Positions 30,122-39,813 of a stretch of DNA of 64,000 nucleotides are shown here, in pieces (the first letter of the stretch is position 1; each line of letters begins with the position of its first letter). The position numbers and the translations under genes were made by a program. The stretch comes from a virus. The stretch is from positions 39,492-103,491 of IMG/VR virus record IMGVR_UViG_3300045988_019695; one strand, 5' to 3'. The notes beneath the pieces were generated by a model. That model saw nothing but the letters and a program-made list of their open reading frames with translations, ran no database searches and was not told the DNA's origin.

Positions 30122-30412
30122 ATGAATGACGAAAAACATTCTTTCATGGACCAATTAAACTTATTCCTAGTAGGATTAATTGTTGGAGCATTTGTTGGAG
30201 CCTGTTTTAGTGCTAATGTCGTAAAAGGCAAGAACATTAAGACAGAGAATAAGCTTAAAGCGTATGAACAGTACTATAATTGTACTGAAACGCTTTTGGA
30301 TTCTCTTGATGGTACACATAATCTTGATCTGATGGATACAGATCTTGCAACAGATTATGGTGCAAATTATTTAGATGCAAAATCTAAGGTAGACAACTTA
30401 ATTGACAAGTAA
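30122..30412 (+). CDS. small membrane protein (one TM)
   Basis: 96-aa ORF; LNLFLVGLIVGAFVGACFSANVV. Confidence 0.55.
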   Translation: MNDEKHSFMDQLNLFLVGLIVGAFVGACFSANVVKGKNIKTENKLKAYEQYYNCTETLLDSLDGTHNLDLMDTDLATDYGANYLDAKSKVDNLIDK

Positions 30413-30421
30413 GTGTTATGA

Positions 30422-30646
30422 ATGGATTCGACAAAGAAGACCACACAGAAGACATCTGGTACTCATAAAAAATATAAGCCAGGTCAATTAGTTACAATTA
30501 ATCATCGTGTATTTAGAATTGTAAAAAAATATTGGTGCATGGATGATTGTTTATGTTGTTATGATAGAAATTATAAAAAATATGATTTCTGCATGAACCT
30601 ACCATTAGGTTTAAAGATTAAACCAATATTAAAACATAAGGGTTGA
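30422..30646 (+). CDS. small basic Cys-containing protein
   Basis: 74-aa ORF. Confidence 0.5.
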   Translation: MDSTKKTTQKTSGTHKKYKPGQLVTINHRVFRIVKKYWCMDDCLCCYDRNYKKYDFCMNLPLGLKIKPILKHKG

Positions 30647-30788
30647 GTTGCATCAACCCTAAGTGTTTAATGTAGCCGTAGGGAGTCCAAAGCCTCCAAA
30701 GGGAAACCGAATTACAGATGGAACACAAAGCTCAAGTATAGGTGAGAAGTAGTCCTATACAAGTAAATAATGTTTAATTATCAAAATT

Positions 30789-31205
30789 ATGAACATTTTA
30801 GAGAAGTTAATGGGCAAAGATTACCCAAAGTTTGAAACAGCTATTTATGCTGACGGTATCACAACAATTGTAACAGTGTCTCGTACATTGTCTCCTACAC
30901 ACGTTGACTTGGATTCTCCAGGTTACATTGAGAACAAGTTCAAGAAGCTTGTTCCAATTCTCAAGGAAATTGGGGTTACTAAGAATCAGGAGACTGATGA
31001 GCAGACTATCAACGTAACAGTTGAAGTAGACGGGAAGTTCAATGGTATCACTCATTTGAATCATCTTGTGCATATCGCTACAGGTATCAGCGAGATTGCA
31101 GAAGATAGACTCAGTGAGTCTGAGGTTATCAAGAACATTGGTCTGGATTGCAAACCATTCATTTGTGCAGGCAATGAATCAGAAGAAACGCAAGCAGACG
31201 CATAA
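30789..31205 (+). CDS. hypothetical protein (138 aa)
   Basis: Intact ORF preceded by an ATTATCAAAATT leader. Confidence 0.55.
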   Translation: MNILEKLMGKDYPKFETAIYADGITTIVTVSRTLSPTHVDLDSPGYIENKFKKLVPILKEIGVTKNQETDEQTINVTVEVDGKFNGITHLNHLVHIATGISEIAEDRLSESEVIKNIGLDCKPFICAGNESEETQADA

Positions 31206-31424
31206 TCAAGCAGTTAAGCCGCAATCAGCAAAAGGGAAACCTGATGCTGAGTATCTTAATTACAAGGTTATTGCTAAGGAGGGAGTATCTACAATGATAC
31301 TCTCTTCTGGATTAAGTAAATGTAATGCCAAATCTTTGGAAAATACTTTGAATAGTTATATTAATAACAAGCACTCAAATATTCCAGGAGCTGGCAAGAC
31401 AAGTGTTAAATTCATAACAATTCA

Positions 31425-31805
31425 TTGATGGCTGTAAAATTATACGAGAAGCCAGATCACAGTCCTGGCCCATTAATAGCGTTGGTTGTAATAATAATAT
31501 TATTACTCCTAACATCGAAGTGTCATGCACAGCAAAAAGAAGCAATCGACACAATGGTTTGTAAGGTTGAGTGTATCAAACAAATAGTACAACAACCTAG
31601 TTCTAACGGCAAAACCGTTAAGTATATGGCTGTATATGTTGATAAATCAGCAGGATTCTCAGAGATTATTCCAGTTTCTAAGAGTGTTGTTGACTATATT
31701 AATGTGTGCAAGCAGTTCTCTGTTGAACCAACACTTGGTATTAGATTAAGAAATGGTGTAATTACATCAATAGTGCGTTATAAAATTAAATTTGTACACA
31801 AATGA
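31425..31805 (+). CDS. membrane/secreted protein
   Basis: 126-aa ORF; hydrophobic PLIALVVIIILLLLTS segment. Confidence 0.55.
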   Translation: MMAVKLYEKPDHSPGPLIALVVIIILLLLTSKCHAQQKEAIDTMVCKVECIKQIVQQPSSNGKTVKYMAVYVDKSAGFSEIIPVSKSVVDYINVCKQFSVEPTLGIRLRNGVITSIVRYKIKFVHK

Positions 31806-32257
31806 AATTTCAACCACATGATATAGTGCGCCGAGTCTTACCAAGTGGAATAATGGTAGGTGGTTTAATGGTTGTTATCTCTAGCTCGCATGATAAATGC
31901 ACAGCTGTCAGAGATGTATCAACTGGAAAATGTTATATATACAAGTCGAGTAGCTTGGAAAAAGCTGGAGAAACTACAAAGATTATGGTTAGCGAAAGTG
32001 ATATGAATAAAATCGATGTAATGAAAGGCATTGGTTCGTTCTATCATAGCATATCTACAGTATATGATAAGCTGTATGCTAATCCATCAAGATTTGTATG
32101 CTTCATACTAATTACCAAGAACGAGACTATACGTAGAACATTCCAACTTGGAAAAATATCTAGAGTACTTCGAAAAGTAGATGAGACTCGTAAAGGATAT
32201 GAAATAATTCCAGTCAAACAACCAATGTACAAGCTACAGTTAATTGGTGAACTATGA
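31802..32257 (+). CDS. hypothetical protein (151 aa)
   Basis: ATGA overlap with the upstream ORF. Confidence 0.55.
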   Translation: MKFQPHDIVRRVLPSGIMVGGLMVVISSSHDKCTAVRDVSTGKCYIYKSSSLEKAGETTKIMVSESDMNKIDVMKGIGSFYHSISTVYDKLYANPSRFVCFILITKNETIRRTFQLGKISRVLRKVDETRKGYEIIPVKQPMYKLQLIGEL

Positions 32258-32439
32258 GTAAAAAACTTAGTCCTGGCAGAATATACAAGGTAAATGGCAT
32301 TGTTGTTAGGGCTAAACGTCAAGCGACATGTGAAGGTTGTATCTTCAATAATCTATTCTCTTGCCCAAGAGTTGTAGATGTAAAAAGAGAAATAACCTGC
32401 ACATGTCGTGAAGATGGTATAATATTTATTGATCCATAA
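32254..32439 (+). CDS. small Cys-rich protein (61 aa)
   Basis: ATGA overlap; CEGC...C...C.C pattern. Confidence 0.45.
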   Translation: MSKKLSPGRIYKVNGIVVRAKRQATCEGCIFNNLFSCPRVVDVKREITCTCREDGIIFIDP

Positions 32440-32443
32440 CAAC

Positions 32444-32716
32444 ATGGCAAAACGTAGAAAGAATGGACAGATGTCTGATAGCGAATTAGAGACCAGACGT
32501 CATCACGCATCATTGCGTAGACTTAAAGTGTATTGTAATGATGTAAATGTAGAGTTAAAAGACTACAAATCTGCAGATCCTGATGATATGTGTATATTAT
32601 CATTAGATGATGTAGATCTTGGATCTAGAAAGAATTATTTAACAGTAGATAATGATTCATGGTTCGTTAGTGAAGACGACTATGATGAAATATCTCAAAC
32701 AGCATTATATATATGA
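32444..32716 (+). CDS. hypothetical protein
   Basis: Track ORF 32429-32716; first ATG at 32444 (MAKRRKNGQ...). Confidence 0.5.
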   Translation: MAKRRKNGQMSDSELETRRHHASLRRLKVYCNDVNVELKDYKSADPDDMCILSLDDVDLGSRKNYLTVDNDSWFVSEDDYDEISQTALYI

Positions 32717-32916
32717 AACGAGATTGTGAAGAATTGATTATCTCGATAATGTTGATATTCTTTTCTGGATTCCCTCTTATTGAGATACTCTCAAAAAGCT
32801 TAGTTATTGATCAGGTTAGTAACTTCTCATTGATAGTTATTGTAATTTGGTTAGTAATAATTCTGATCTCCAGTATAATATATTTCGTAACTTACTGGAT
32901 GGAAAAATTTGATTAG
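32713..32916 (+). CDS. small two-TM membrane protein; ends in TAG
   Basis: 67-aa ORF followed by hairpin gggggcagt-ttat-actgtcccc (32928-32949). Confidence 0.5.
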   Translation: MKRDCEELIISIMLIFFSGFPLIEILSKSLVIDQVSNFSLIVIVIWLVIILISSIIYFVTYWMEKFD

Positions 32917-33091
32917 TTGCATTTCAAGGGGGCAGTTTATACTGTCCCCGAGATTTATTAGGTTAGAGGCCTACATAACAGTTCAAGTCTGTATAAAATC
33001 ACAAGCTGGAGAGCTTCGTACTTCGTTATCGTCACAGATCTTTTAACAGTTTTCTAAGGTTGACGTAAAACACAACATGAAACTGTTATTT

Positions 33092-33165
33092 GGACTTGTA
33101 GCTCAGTAGGTTAGAGCAACAGACTCATAATCTGGAGGTCCTAGGTTCAAACCCTAGCTGGTCCA
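33092..33165 (+). tRNA. tRNA with CAU anticodon (elongator Met or Ile2)
   Basis: GGACTTGTAGCTCAGTAGGTTAGAGCAACAGACTCATAATCTGGAGGTCCTAGGTTCAAACCCTAGCTGGTCCA. Canonical D and T arms, loop CT-CAT-AA. Confidence 0.85.
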
Positions 33166-33236
33166 CAAAAGATGATTCCGTGAATCTTTAAAACCCGGAT
33201 AGTTAACATTTGTTGAATCTCTAATAAATTATCAAA

Positions 33237-33728
33237 ATGAAGAGATTATTTGAAAAGCTTAGCATGTGCTTAATCATGCTTATTGCAGCTATCGCAGTGT
33301 CATCATGTGACTATGTGAAGCAGACAAAGAGTGAAATCAGACACGATGATTCACTCATGGTATCCAAGATGATGCAGGAAATTAGCAATCCTGCGTTCAA
33401 TAACTATGCTGATGCTTTGGTGTATCAGAAAGCAGAAGGCAAGTGGAGACATCAAGACTCAGTGTTCTTAAGCATACCTGAAAAGGTTATGCGTGATGTA
33501 GTATCAGTCTTAGAGAAATCTGGGAAACCGGTTACTAAGATAGATATAGCTAATGAGTTTGAGATGAACAAGCGTGTATATTTGAATCTGCCTGACAAGC
33601 CGGATTTATATCAAGCTATTACTCCTCCTGATGTCCCGAACACAGAAGTCGTTGACACAATTATTGATGGCAAGCATGTGCAGGTGATACAGTCCTCCAG
33701 TACTAACATAATGCCAAAGGAGGATTAG
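33237..33728 (+). CDS. lipoprotein; ORF ends in TAG
   Basis: Signal peptide with lipobox-like IAVSSC. Confidence 0.6.
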   Translation: MKRLFEKLSMCLIMLIAAIAVSSCDYVKQTKSEIRHDDSLMVSKMMQEISNPAFNNYADALVYQKAEGKWRHQDSVFLSIPEKVMRDVVSVLEKSGKPVTKIDIANEFEMNKRVYLNLPDKPDLYQAITPPDVPNTEVVDTIIDGKHVQVIQSSSTNIMPKED

Positions 33729-33730
33729 CT

Positions 33731-34150
33731 ATGAAGCGATTTATCATTATTTCTTACGATGGTTCAAATTTGAATTCATCCGAAGTTTTGGCAATAGCTT
33801 CACAGCTGAAGACTATTAAGCCTAATGTTGAAAATATCCATGCATCTACAATGGATGAAACAGAAGTAAATTCTGTTATTGTAAAGCATGCAGAAAGTAA
33901 GAATGCTACAGAATTATCTGTCGTAGAATCTGCATGTATCTATGTAAAAGAGAAATTTGGCAAGTATTTCAACTCCAAGATGAAGTTGTTGCTTGCATTG
34001 TCAGAGGCTATAAATGACGAGCCTAACAACGAGTCTCTTACAAATGCTATTAAGGTTATATCTTGTGGTGTAAGTAAAAGAATGCGTGATTCTTACGGTA
34101 TTTCTACCGATGTTGTTTATGTATTTAAAACAGTTCAAGATAACATGTAA
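33731..34150 (+). CDS. hypothetical protein (139 aa)
   Basis: Intact ORF. Confidence 0.55.
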   Translation: MKRFIIISYDGSNLNSSEVLAIASQLKTIKPNVENIHASTMDETEVNSVIVKHAESKNATELSVVESACIYVKEKFGKYFNSKMKLLLALSEAINDEPNNESLTNAIKVISCGVSKRMRDSYGISTDVVYVFKTVQDNM

Positions 34151-34264
34151 TTATGTGCAGAACACAACGTAATACTAAGAAAGTGTATCGTCAACGTCAC
34201 GCAGAAGCCAAAGCAAAGGCTTATAAGCGTGACAAGTTTCAGAACAAATTAAATCCTCTCGATT

Positions 34265-34498
34265 ATGTGGAAGATTCCAGTGTATACGACTAAAAAGGTA
34301 AAGGGTAAGAATGTAAAAACATTGGCATTCGAGTCCAAGTATCCTGATGAGGGTCAAGCTAAAGAAGCTAGATTAGCACTCATTCATTTGGCTAACTGCG
34401 CTCATAAAGCTCCATGCGATATCACCGTTAATAGTGACGGTGAGGTGTTCGTTAAGAATCCATCCTGGAGTGTGGGTGAAGTAACATATGTTAATTAA
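34265..34498 (+). CDS. hypothetical protein (77 aa)
   Basis: Intact ORF. A 46-codon basic ORF (34153-34293) overlaps its start and could be an additional gene. Confidence 0.45.
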   Translation: MWKIPVYTTKKVKGKNVKTLAFESKYPDEGQAKEARLALIHLANCAHKAPCDITVNSDGEVFVKNPSWSVGEVTYVN

Positions 34499-34531
34499 TT
34501 TTATTTACAAACATTTTAAATCATTATCAAA

Positions 34532-35026
34532 ATGGCAAAAGCAGAAACAAAAGGTGCTGCTAAAGAGCAGCAGAATGCGTCAGTAGACAACGTAGTAGAG
34601 AAGTTGGTTAAGGGTAACCTCGTAACCGACATCGCAGACAAGGCGGCAGAAGAGATCCGCCAGGATGAGGAGAAGCGTAAGATCTCCCAGGTCAAAGAGA
34701 TCGTTAAGTGTGCTGACTTCCTCCGTATTAAGGAGCTTCTCAATGTCCGTAAGGACCGTGCGAAGGCAAAGATTACTCTCGATATTCTGAAGAAGCGTAC
34801 AGAGTTGATGGCCCGTCTTCTGGGCAAGGACGAGAATGGTACCGCCGTTCCTGATGACCAGAAGATTACGCCAAATCAGTTCCGTGACCTCTCGAAGAAG
34901 ATCGATGAGGATCAGCGTAAGCAGATGACCGAACTTAACCAGGAGTACGATAAGCACGACCGTGAGTTGCGCGACAAGTATCCTAACAGTTGGTGTTATG
35001 CCACCTATCAGTTCGATCGCTTCTAA
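34532..35026 (+). CDS. highly expressed charged coiled-coil protein
   Basis: 164-aa ORF with strong G/C-ending codon bias. Its leader TTTTAAATCATTATCAAAATGGCAAAA is nearly identical to that of 37796. Confidence 0.65.
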   Translation: MAKAETKGAAKEQQNASVDNVVEKLVKGNLVTDIADKAAEEIRQDEEKRKISQVKEIVKCADFLRIKELLNVRKDRAKAKITLDILKKRTELMARLLGKDENGTAVPDDQKITPNQFRDLSKKIDEDQRKQMTELNQEYDKHDRELRDKYPNSWCYATYQFDRF

Positions 35027-35041
35027 TTCTTTTTCCAGTGC

Positions 35042-35324
35042 AAGTATCTTCGTATCACGCATGTAGGTTCTCATACATTACAGGAGGACTATTGTAGTCG
35101 GCTAATGAAGGAACCTAGGAATGAATTAACATTCCTATCAAGTATCTTCGTATCACGATAGGGAAAAGAGATGTGAACCAACACAATAAATTGGGACAGT
35201 AGATCAAATAATATGTTTTGTGCGTATCTTTGTATCGGGGAGACTCAGTTAGCAAGAACTAATTTGAACCCTGCAAAATATATCAAAAATGCTGAATATA
35301 GCCCTCTAAGTATCTTCGTATCAT
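35042..35324 (+). repeat. four tandem copies of the 17-nt motif (A/G)AGTATCTTCGTATCA
   Basis: Copies at 35042-35058, 35140-35156, 35222-35237 (degenerate: gcgtatctttgtatcg) and 35308-35324. Core is a GTATC-N3-GTATC direct repeat. Confidence 0.8.
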
Positions 35325-35334
35325 GAGGATTTCT

Positions 35335-35542
35335 ATATATTTTTAGCCATATTCTAAGCGTTCTGAGGCGTCATAGGAGATAAGTGGAGTAATTAACCAC
35401 GATGCTTCCGAAAGCTCCTTAGAACGCATCTAAAGTGGCTTAAATCGAATGTTCTGACTGATCATCAGGACATTTACAAAAAGAATGTACAGTGTGTATG
35501 AAATAATCTGGCAAGACCGCGGTTCGAATCCGCGCATGTCCA
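35335..35542 (+). ncRNA. candidate structured RNA ending in a tRNA-like acceptor/T-arm module
   Basis: Nested helices ttagcca/tggcttaa (35343-49 / 35436-43) and gcgttctgagg/ccttagaacgc (35358-68 / 35417-27), plus inner hairpins. 35469-35542 has acceptor GGACAT/ATGTCC and T arm CGCGG-TTCGAAT-CCGCG but no canonical anticodon arm. Confidence 0.4.
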
Positions 35543-35791
35543 CATCCCTAATAAAGGGTCTGCTAAGAACAAACAGACAACCTAAGTATGTTGTAAAACT
35601 GCTTATATGGGCATGTTTTGGCTTTGATTGTCAGAGGAGATAAATACGTTAAGCACTATACTATAAATTAAACGACAATGTAAACAACATTGTAGACTAT
35701 ACTAACGTAGCGTAAGTTTAGTCTAGGTGTTTCCTACCAAAGTGGAGAGAAGGATTTTGGGGTTCGACTCCCCATTTCCTTCCTATTAGTT

Positions 35792-36313
35792 ATGACAAAG
35801 GGATATAAAGCGATGATAAAGGACAGGTGTCCTTATGTCGTCAACCTAGCATTTAAATGGTGTACAGAGTTTGGAAGATTATCTAATATAGGTAAGAAAC
35901 CACACGAAAGAATTAAGTACGCTGTAAAAACGCGATGGATAGACCGTGTATATCAAGAAAATATAGCAATCTACAACACTGGACGAGGAATACCTCGAAC
36001 AGATGAGAAGGATGCTTCATTAAGAAAAGCTCTTGGGATACACGAGGGGTCTCAAAACTTTAATTTTGCAGACTCTATAAACTTAGAATGTATTAACAAG
36101 ACTTTCAATGCTGGAGAATACGCATTTTGGATATGGGTAAATAGCTGGGTAGTATGGTTTCAAGATAACTATAAATTCCTAGAGAACTATTACAAAATAT
36201 CATGTAAATGTGGCAACATGGCTCTATTTGATAATTATTTATCAGAAAAAGCTGGATTCCTAGATAATTATCTTGAAGATTTCTCTAAGTTTATTAAGAA
36301 AACATTTAATTAA
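35792..36313 (+). CDS. hypothetical protein (173 aa)
   Basis: Intact ORF. Confidence 0.55.
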   Translation: MTKGYKAMIKDRCPYVVNLAFKWCTEFGRLSNIGKKPHERIKYAVKTRWIDRVYQENIAIYNTGRGIPRTDEKDASLRKALGIHEGSQNFNFADSINLECINKTFNAGEYAFWIWVNSWVVWFQDNYKFLENYYKISCKCGNMALFDNYLSEKAGFLDNYLEDFSKFIKKTFN

Positions 36314-36324
36314 ACAAAATAAAA

Positions 36325-36741
36325 ATGGAGTATTTCCCTAAAATGCTAATTTACAGAGCTAGTCTGTTAGGCTACAAAAATGAAAGTATAGAAAACGTGG
36401 TTAACTGGTTCCATAACAATCTTAAAAAAGGATTTGCCTATGAGCCTCACATATTCTGTGCTGGAGATAGCCTAGACGAAAATTGTTTGTACGAATATGC
36501 ACGCAATGAGCATTTGCGTAGAGTTGGTGATTGGATTATGAAAACAATAATCCTCAGTAATCCTATGAAGTTTAAAACGCTTACAACACGCATGCGTATC
36601 GGTTCAGGACTACTTGAACAAGTAGAAATGAAAACAGGAGGAAAAAATCTTAAGATTATTCTCTTTAACAATTTCGTCAACAATGTTTGGTCATTATATC
36701 GTCAAAAGATGGTATATGATCTTCCATTTTATCAGGAGTAG
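36325..36741 (+). CDS. hypothetical protein (138 aa); ends in TAG
   Basis: Intact ORF. Confidence 0.55.
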   Translation: MEYFPKMLIYRASLLGYKNESIENVVNWFHNNLKKGFAYEPHIFCAGDSLDENCLYEYARNEHLRRVGDWIMKTIILSNPMKFKTLTTRMRIGSGLLEQVEMKTGGKNLKIILFNNFVNNVWSLYRQKMVYDLPFYQE

Positions 36742-36770
36742 GGTGAGAGAGATCTCCCCTACCCCACAAT

Positions 36771-37328
36771 ATGGAGTATCAGCGTATCACTCAATCTGAA
36801 ATTGAGACCATAAAAGAAGCTCAAAAGGGAAATGAGCTAGCGTTTAATAAATTGTTTAACCGTTATAAAGAGTTTATCGACAATGTACTCTTTTATTACG
36901 TGAATGACATGGATGAAGCTAAAGATCTTACTAATGTAGTATTTCTTAAGGTTCACCAGAAACTCTCGACATTCACAGACTATTCGTCTTTTGGCGGATG
37001 GCTGAGAATTATAGCTAATAGAACAGCTATAGATTATCTACGAAAAGTAAAGGAAAAATCTATGGAATTAGGAGAAGATACAGGCCGACTACCTGTTGAA
37101 TTAACTAATTCTTCAGAAGAAGAAGATCTTGTCAATCTTCTTGAGTATGAATCTCTTCTAAAGGAGTTTGAAAAACTCCCAAAGAAGACACAGAAGATAT
37201 TTAATTTATTCTACGTAGAAGATCTGTCAGTTGATGAAATTAGCAAAGTGCTAAAAACTCCTACAGGCACTATAAAAGCTGCGTTAAGTCGCACTCGTAG
37301 GAAAATTAGAAATAACTTAAAAGTTTAA
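36771..37328 (+). CDS. ECF-type sigma-70 family factor
   Basis: Region 2: DLTNVVFLKVHQKL...FGGWLRIIANRTAIDYLRK. Region 4: LPKKTQKIFNLFYVEDLSVDEISKVLKTPTGTIKAALSRTRRKIRN. Confidence 0.8.
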   Translation: MEYQRITQSEIETIKEAQKGNELAFNKLFNRYKEFIDNVLFYYVNDMDEAKDLTNVVFLKVHQKLSTFTDYSSFGGWLRIIANRTAIDYLRKVKEKSMELGEDTGRLPVELTNSSEEEDLVNLLEYESLLKEFEKLPKKTQKIFNLFYVEDLSVDEISKVLKTPTGTIKAALSRTRRKIRNNLKV

Positions 37329-37332
37329 CAAA

Positions 37333-37728
37333 ATGACTTCACTTTTATTATTGATTCTCTCGATTTTTGTAGCTCTTGGTTTCGCAAGATACAATAAGAG
37401 CAACAAGTTGTTCTGGATCATTCTCGTAAGTCTCTTGCTTGGTTTTACTGGTAAGAGCATGGTCAACTATGCCTTTGTTGACCATGAAAGTGAAGCCAGT
37501 ACAGTTAAATCTTCCACAACTCCCATGCTGGCACCGACGTGCTCATTTCAGGCTTTGGAACCCTCAGAGGGCGCTGGTACATGTGCTGAGACAAAACCAG
37601 CAGGTAAGGATACAGTTGTGGTAGATACTGTTACTGTGCTTAACTTGGGTGAAGACGAGCATATCAATGTGCTCACTAAACCTCCACGAGATTGGTTAAA
37701 AACGAACTTTATATTCGACACAAGTTGA
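37333..37728 (+). CDS. two-TM membrane protein downstream of the sigma factor (anti-sigma candidate by position only)
   Basis: MTSLLLLILSIFVALGF...LFWIILVSLLLGFTG. Confidence 0.4.
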   Translation: MTSLLLLILSIFVALGFARYNKSNKLFWIILVSLLLGFTGKSMVNYAFVDHESEASTVKSSTTPMLAPTCSFQALEPSEGAGTCAETKPAGKDTVVVDTVTVLNLGEDEHINVLTKPPRDWLKTNFIFDTS

Positions 37729-37795
37729 ATTTAAGTTAGTTGCCCAGGACTTTATTAATTAATTTTAGTATTAACATTTTAAAAACATTATCAAA

Positions 37796-39310
37796 ATGGC
37801 AAAAAAGAATAACAAAGGCAATGTAAAAATTGCTCAGAATAATAACAATGGTGGTGATAACGGTGTAAATTCAGCTGTTGAGGCTGCAGCTATGCTCACA
37901 ACAGCAGGTGGAGCAAGTATGGACCGTAACCACCAGGTAGACTTGTTGAAGATGGCTCATGAGCGTTTCTTCTTGGATGAGAACGCTGCTGAGCATACTG
38001 GTTTCCCGCAGGGAACTATCGACAAGCTCAATCATATCAATGCCCTCGGCATCGCTGTATGCGTATGCAATGAGGTCAAGTATGGTACTAGTGACTTTGC
38101 GGTTGTAATCCGTAAGTCTGCACTCCCAGAGCTTACTGAAGCTTTGAAGGAGATTGGTGTAAAATTCGATGATACTAAGCTCTTGCCTTCGAATGATGAT
38201 GCTGAAGCAGTTGAGGTGACAGGTGCAGCTGTGACAGTATCTGAAGAGACTTCTAAGAAGCTCGAAGAGGATGCTGAGGCTCGTGCAGCTACAGCAGGTA
38301 AGGTATTTGATCCTACAAAGATCAAGGATGAAGAAGAGCTTAAGAAGGCGCTCTCTGGCTTCCTAGCTATGAACCGTGATTCCAAGCTTATGGATAGCAT
38401 TATGCAGTGCGTGAACTTCTATAAGGCATATCGCTCTATTGAAGCTAAGCGTGCTATCGAGTCTGCTGAGAAGACACTCAAGGAGACTAAGGATAAGGAG
38501 TATAAGGCTAACGCTGAGAAGGCTCTTGCTTCTGCAAAGAATGATCTTGAGCGCATCAAGAACATGAGCTTCCATGACGTGTTTCGTGAGGTTGTTAACT
38601 TTACAGGTCGTGTCGGAACGCTTACTTATGGAATTGGTTCTCACCTTTTCAACGTTACCGCTACGTCAGGATCTCCTGTATCTGCGTTCTGTGAGCTTCG
38701 CGACCATTCTACAGACAAGAATACCGGCATCTGTAAGTATACCGATAATCAGATTGCGGATGCTGTAAGGTGTCTCGTAATCATCGGTGCAGATGATGTT
38801 CGCTCTAAGGGTACAGCTTTGCTTGAAGCAGAGAACAAGCTTCCTGAGAAGGATCGTGTTAAGGATCATATCGATACAGCTAACAAGAATATTGCATTTG
38901 CGGATAAGGCCACCGCAGCAGTTCTTGCGGCTCCAGGTAGCTTCGTTGAGAACTTGAAGCAGAACTTCTTGGACGGTAACAACTTTGCTAAGAAGACTGT
39001 TCTCGCTATTAAGCGTGCATACTATCGTGATGTAGTTCCTGAGATGATGGCTAAGGTTAAGCCTGATTCTATGTTGGATAATGCCACCCAGTATGCAGGT
39101 ATCATTTCTAATCTGTTCCGTAATCCTTCTGATCCGCTCGTAGGTTATGCTAAGGAGAACATTGTCGACTTGGCATTCAAGACCGATGAGGAGATTAAGG
39201 CTGAGGAAGAGACTGTAGCTAAGGCCGCTAAGGAGACTGCTGAAAAGAAGGCAGCTGAGGATAAGAAGAAGGAAGTTAAGGGTAAAGCCAAGGCTCAGGT
39301 AAAAAAATAA
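37796..39310 (+). CDS. abundant Ala/Lys/Glu-rich protein of unknown function (504 aa)
   Basis: Strong codon bias, Lys-rich termini. The overlapping ORFs in other frames are shadows. Confidence 0.65.
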   Translation: MAKKNNKGNVKIAQNNNNGGDNGVNSAVEAAAMLTTAGGASMDRNHQVDLLKMAHERFFLDENAAEHTGFPQGTIDKLNHINALGIAVCVCNEVKYGTSDFAVVIRKSALPELTEALKEIGVKFDDTKLLPSNDDAEAVEVTGAAVTVSEETSKKLEEDAEARAATAGKVFDPTKIKDEEELKKALSGFLAMNRDSKLMDSIMQCVNFYKAYRSIEAKRAIESAEKTLKETKDKEYKANAEKALASAKNDLERIKNMSFHDVFREVVNFTGRVGTLTYGIGSHLFNVTATSGSPVSAFCELRDHSTDKNTGICKYTDNQIADAVRCLVIIGADDVRSKGTALLEAENKLPEKDRVKDHIDTANKNIAFADKATAAVLAAPGSFVENLKQNFLDGNNFAKKTVLAIKRAYYRDVVPEMMAKVKPDSMLDNATQYAGIISNLFRNPSDPLVGYAKENIVDLAFKTDEEIKAEEETVAKAAKETAEKKAAEDKKKEVKGKAKAQVKK

Positions 39311-39411
39311 TACGGCCAATTAAGAGAGCTAGTTCACAACTAGTTGGTCGTGTTAAGAAAGCCTTTGATATCCAGTGGCAAAGTGAACGCAAATAATTTA
39401 ACTATCAAAGT

Positions 39412-39813
39412 ATGAAAAAATTAGTAATTACGTTGCTAGGAGCAGCATTTCTTGTTGTTGGCATGAATATTGCTGATCTTAAGAATGTTCCCCTTCCAAC
39501 GACAGTGCAAACAGTAGCAGCATCTACTGTACAGCAACCAATGGATCATTTATTTGATCAAGTGAAACATGCTAATCCTGATACAGTGCGTGATACCGTT
39601 AAGGTAGAAGTGCCTGTACCTTGTAAACATAAACAGTTGCCTGCAAAGACAATTGTTAAGCACACCATAATTAAGAAGACAGATACGTCGTATGTACCAC
39701 TTCTGTATATTATGGAACCTGGAGAAAAGGTCGACTCCACTAATCATGACTTTACCATTCGTAAGGGAGAGCTCCGTGATTATATTCAAATCGCCTCTAA
39801 TGTACACAAGTAA
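39412..39813 (+). CDS. secreted/membrane-anchored protein
   Basis: N-terminal MKKLVITLLGAAFLVVGMNIA signal-like segment. Confidence 0.55.
   Translation: MKKLVITLLGAAFLVVGMNIADLKNVPLPTTVQTVAASTVQQPMDHLFDQVKHANPDTVRDTVKVEVPVPCKHKQLPAKTIVKHTIIKKTDTSYVPLLYIMEPGEKVDSTNHDFTIRKGELRDYIQIASNVHK

Noticed and set aside
35042-35324. Possible CRISPR-like array (short repeats with about 70-nt spacers)
   Set aside because: There are only four copies, the repeats are 17 nt, one copy is degenerate, the spacing is irregular (82-98 nt) and no cas genes are present. A promoter/operator array is more plausible.
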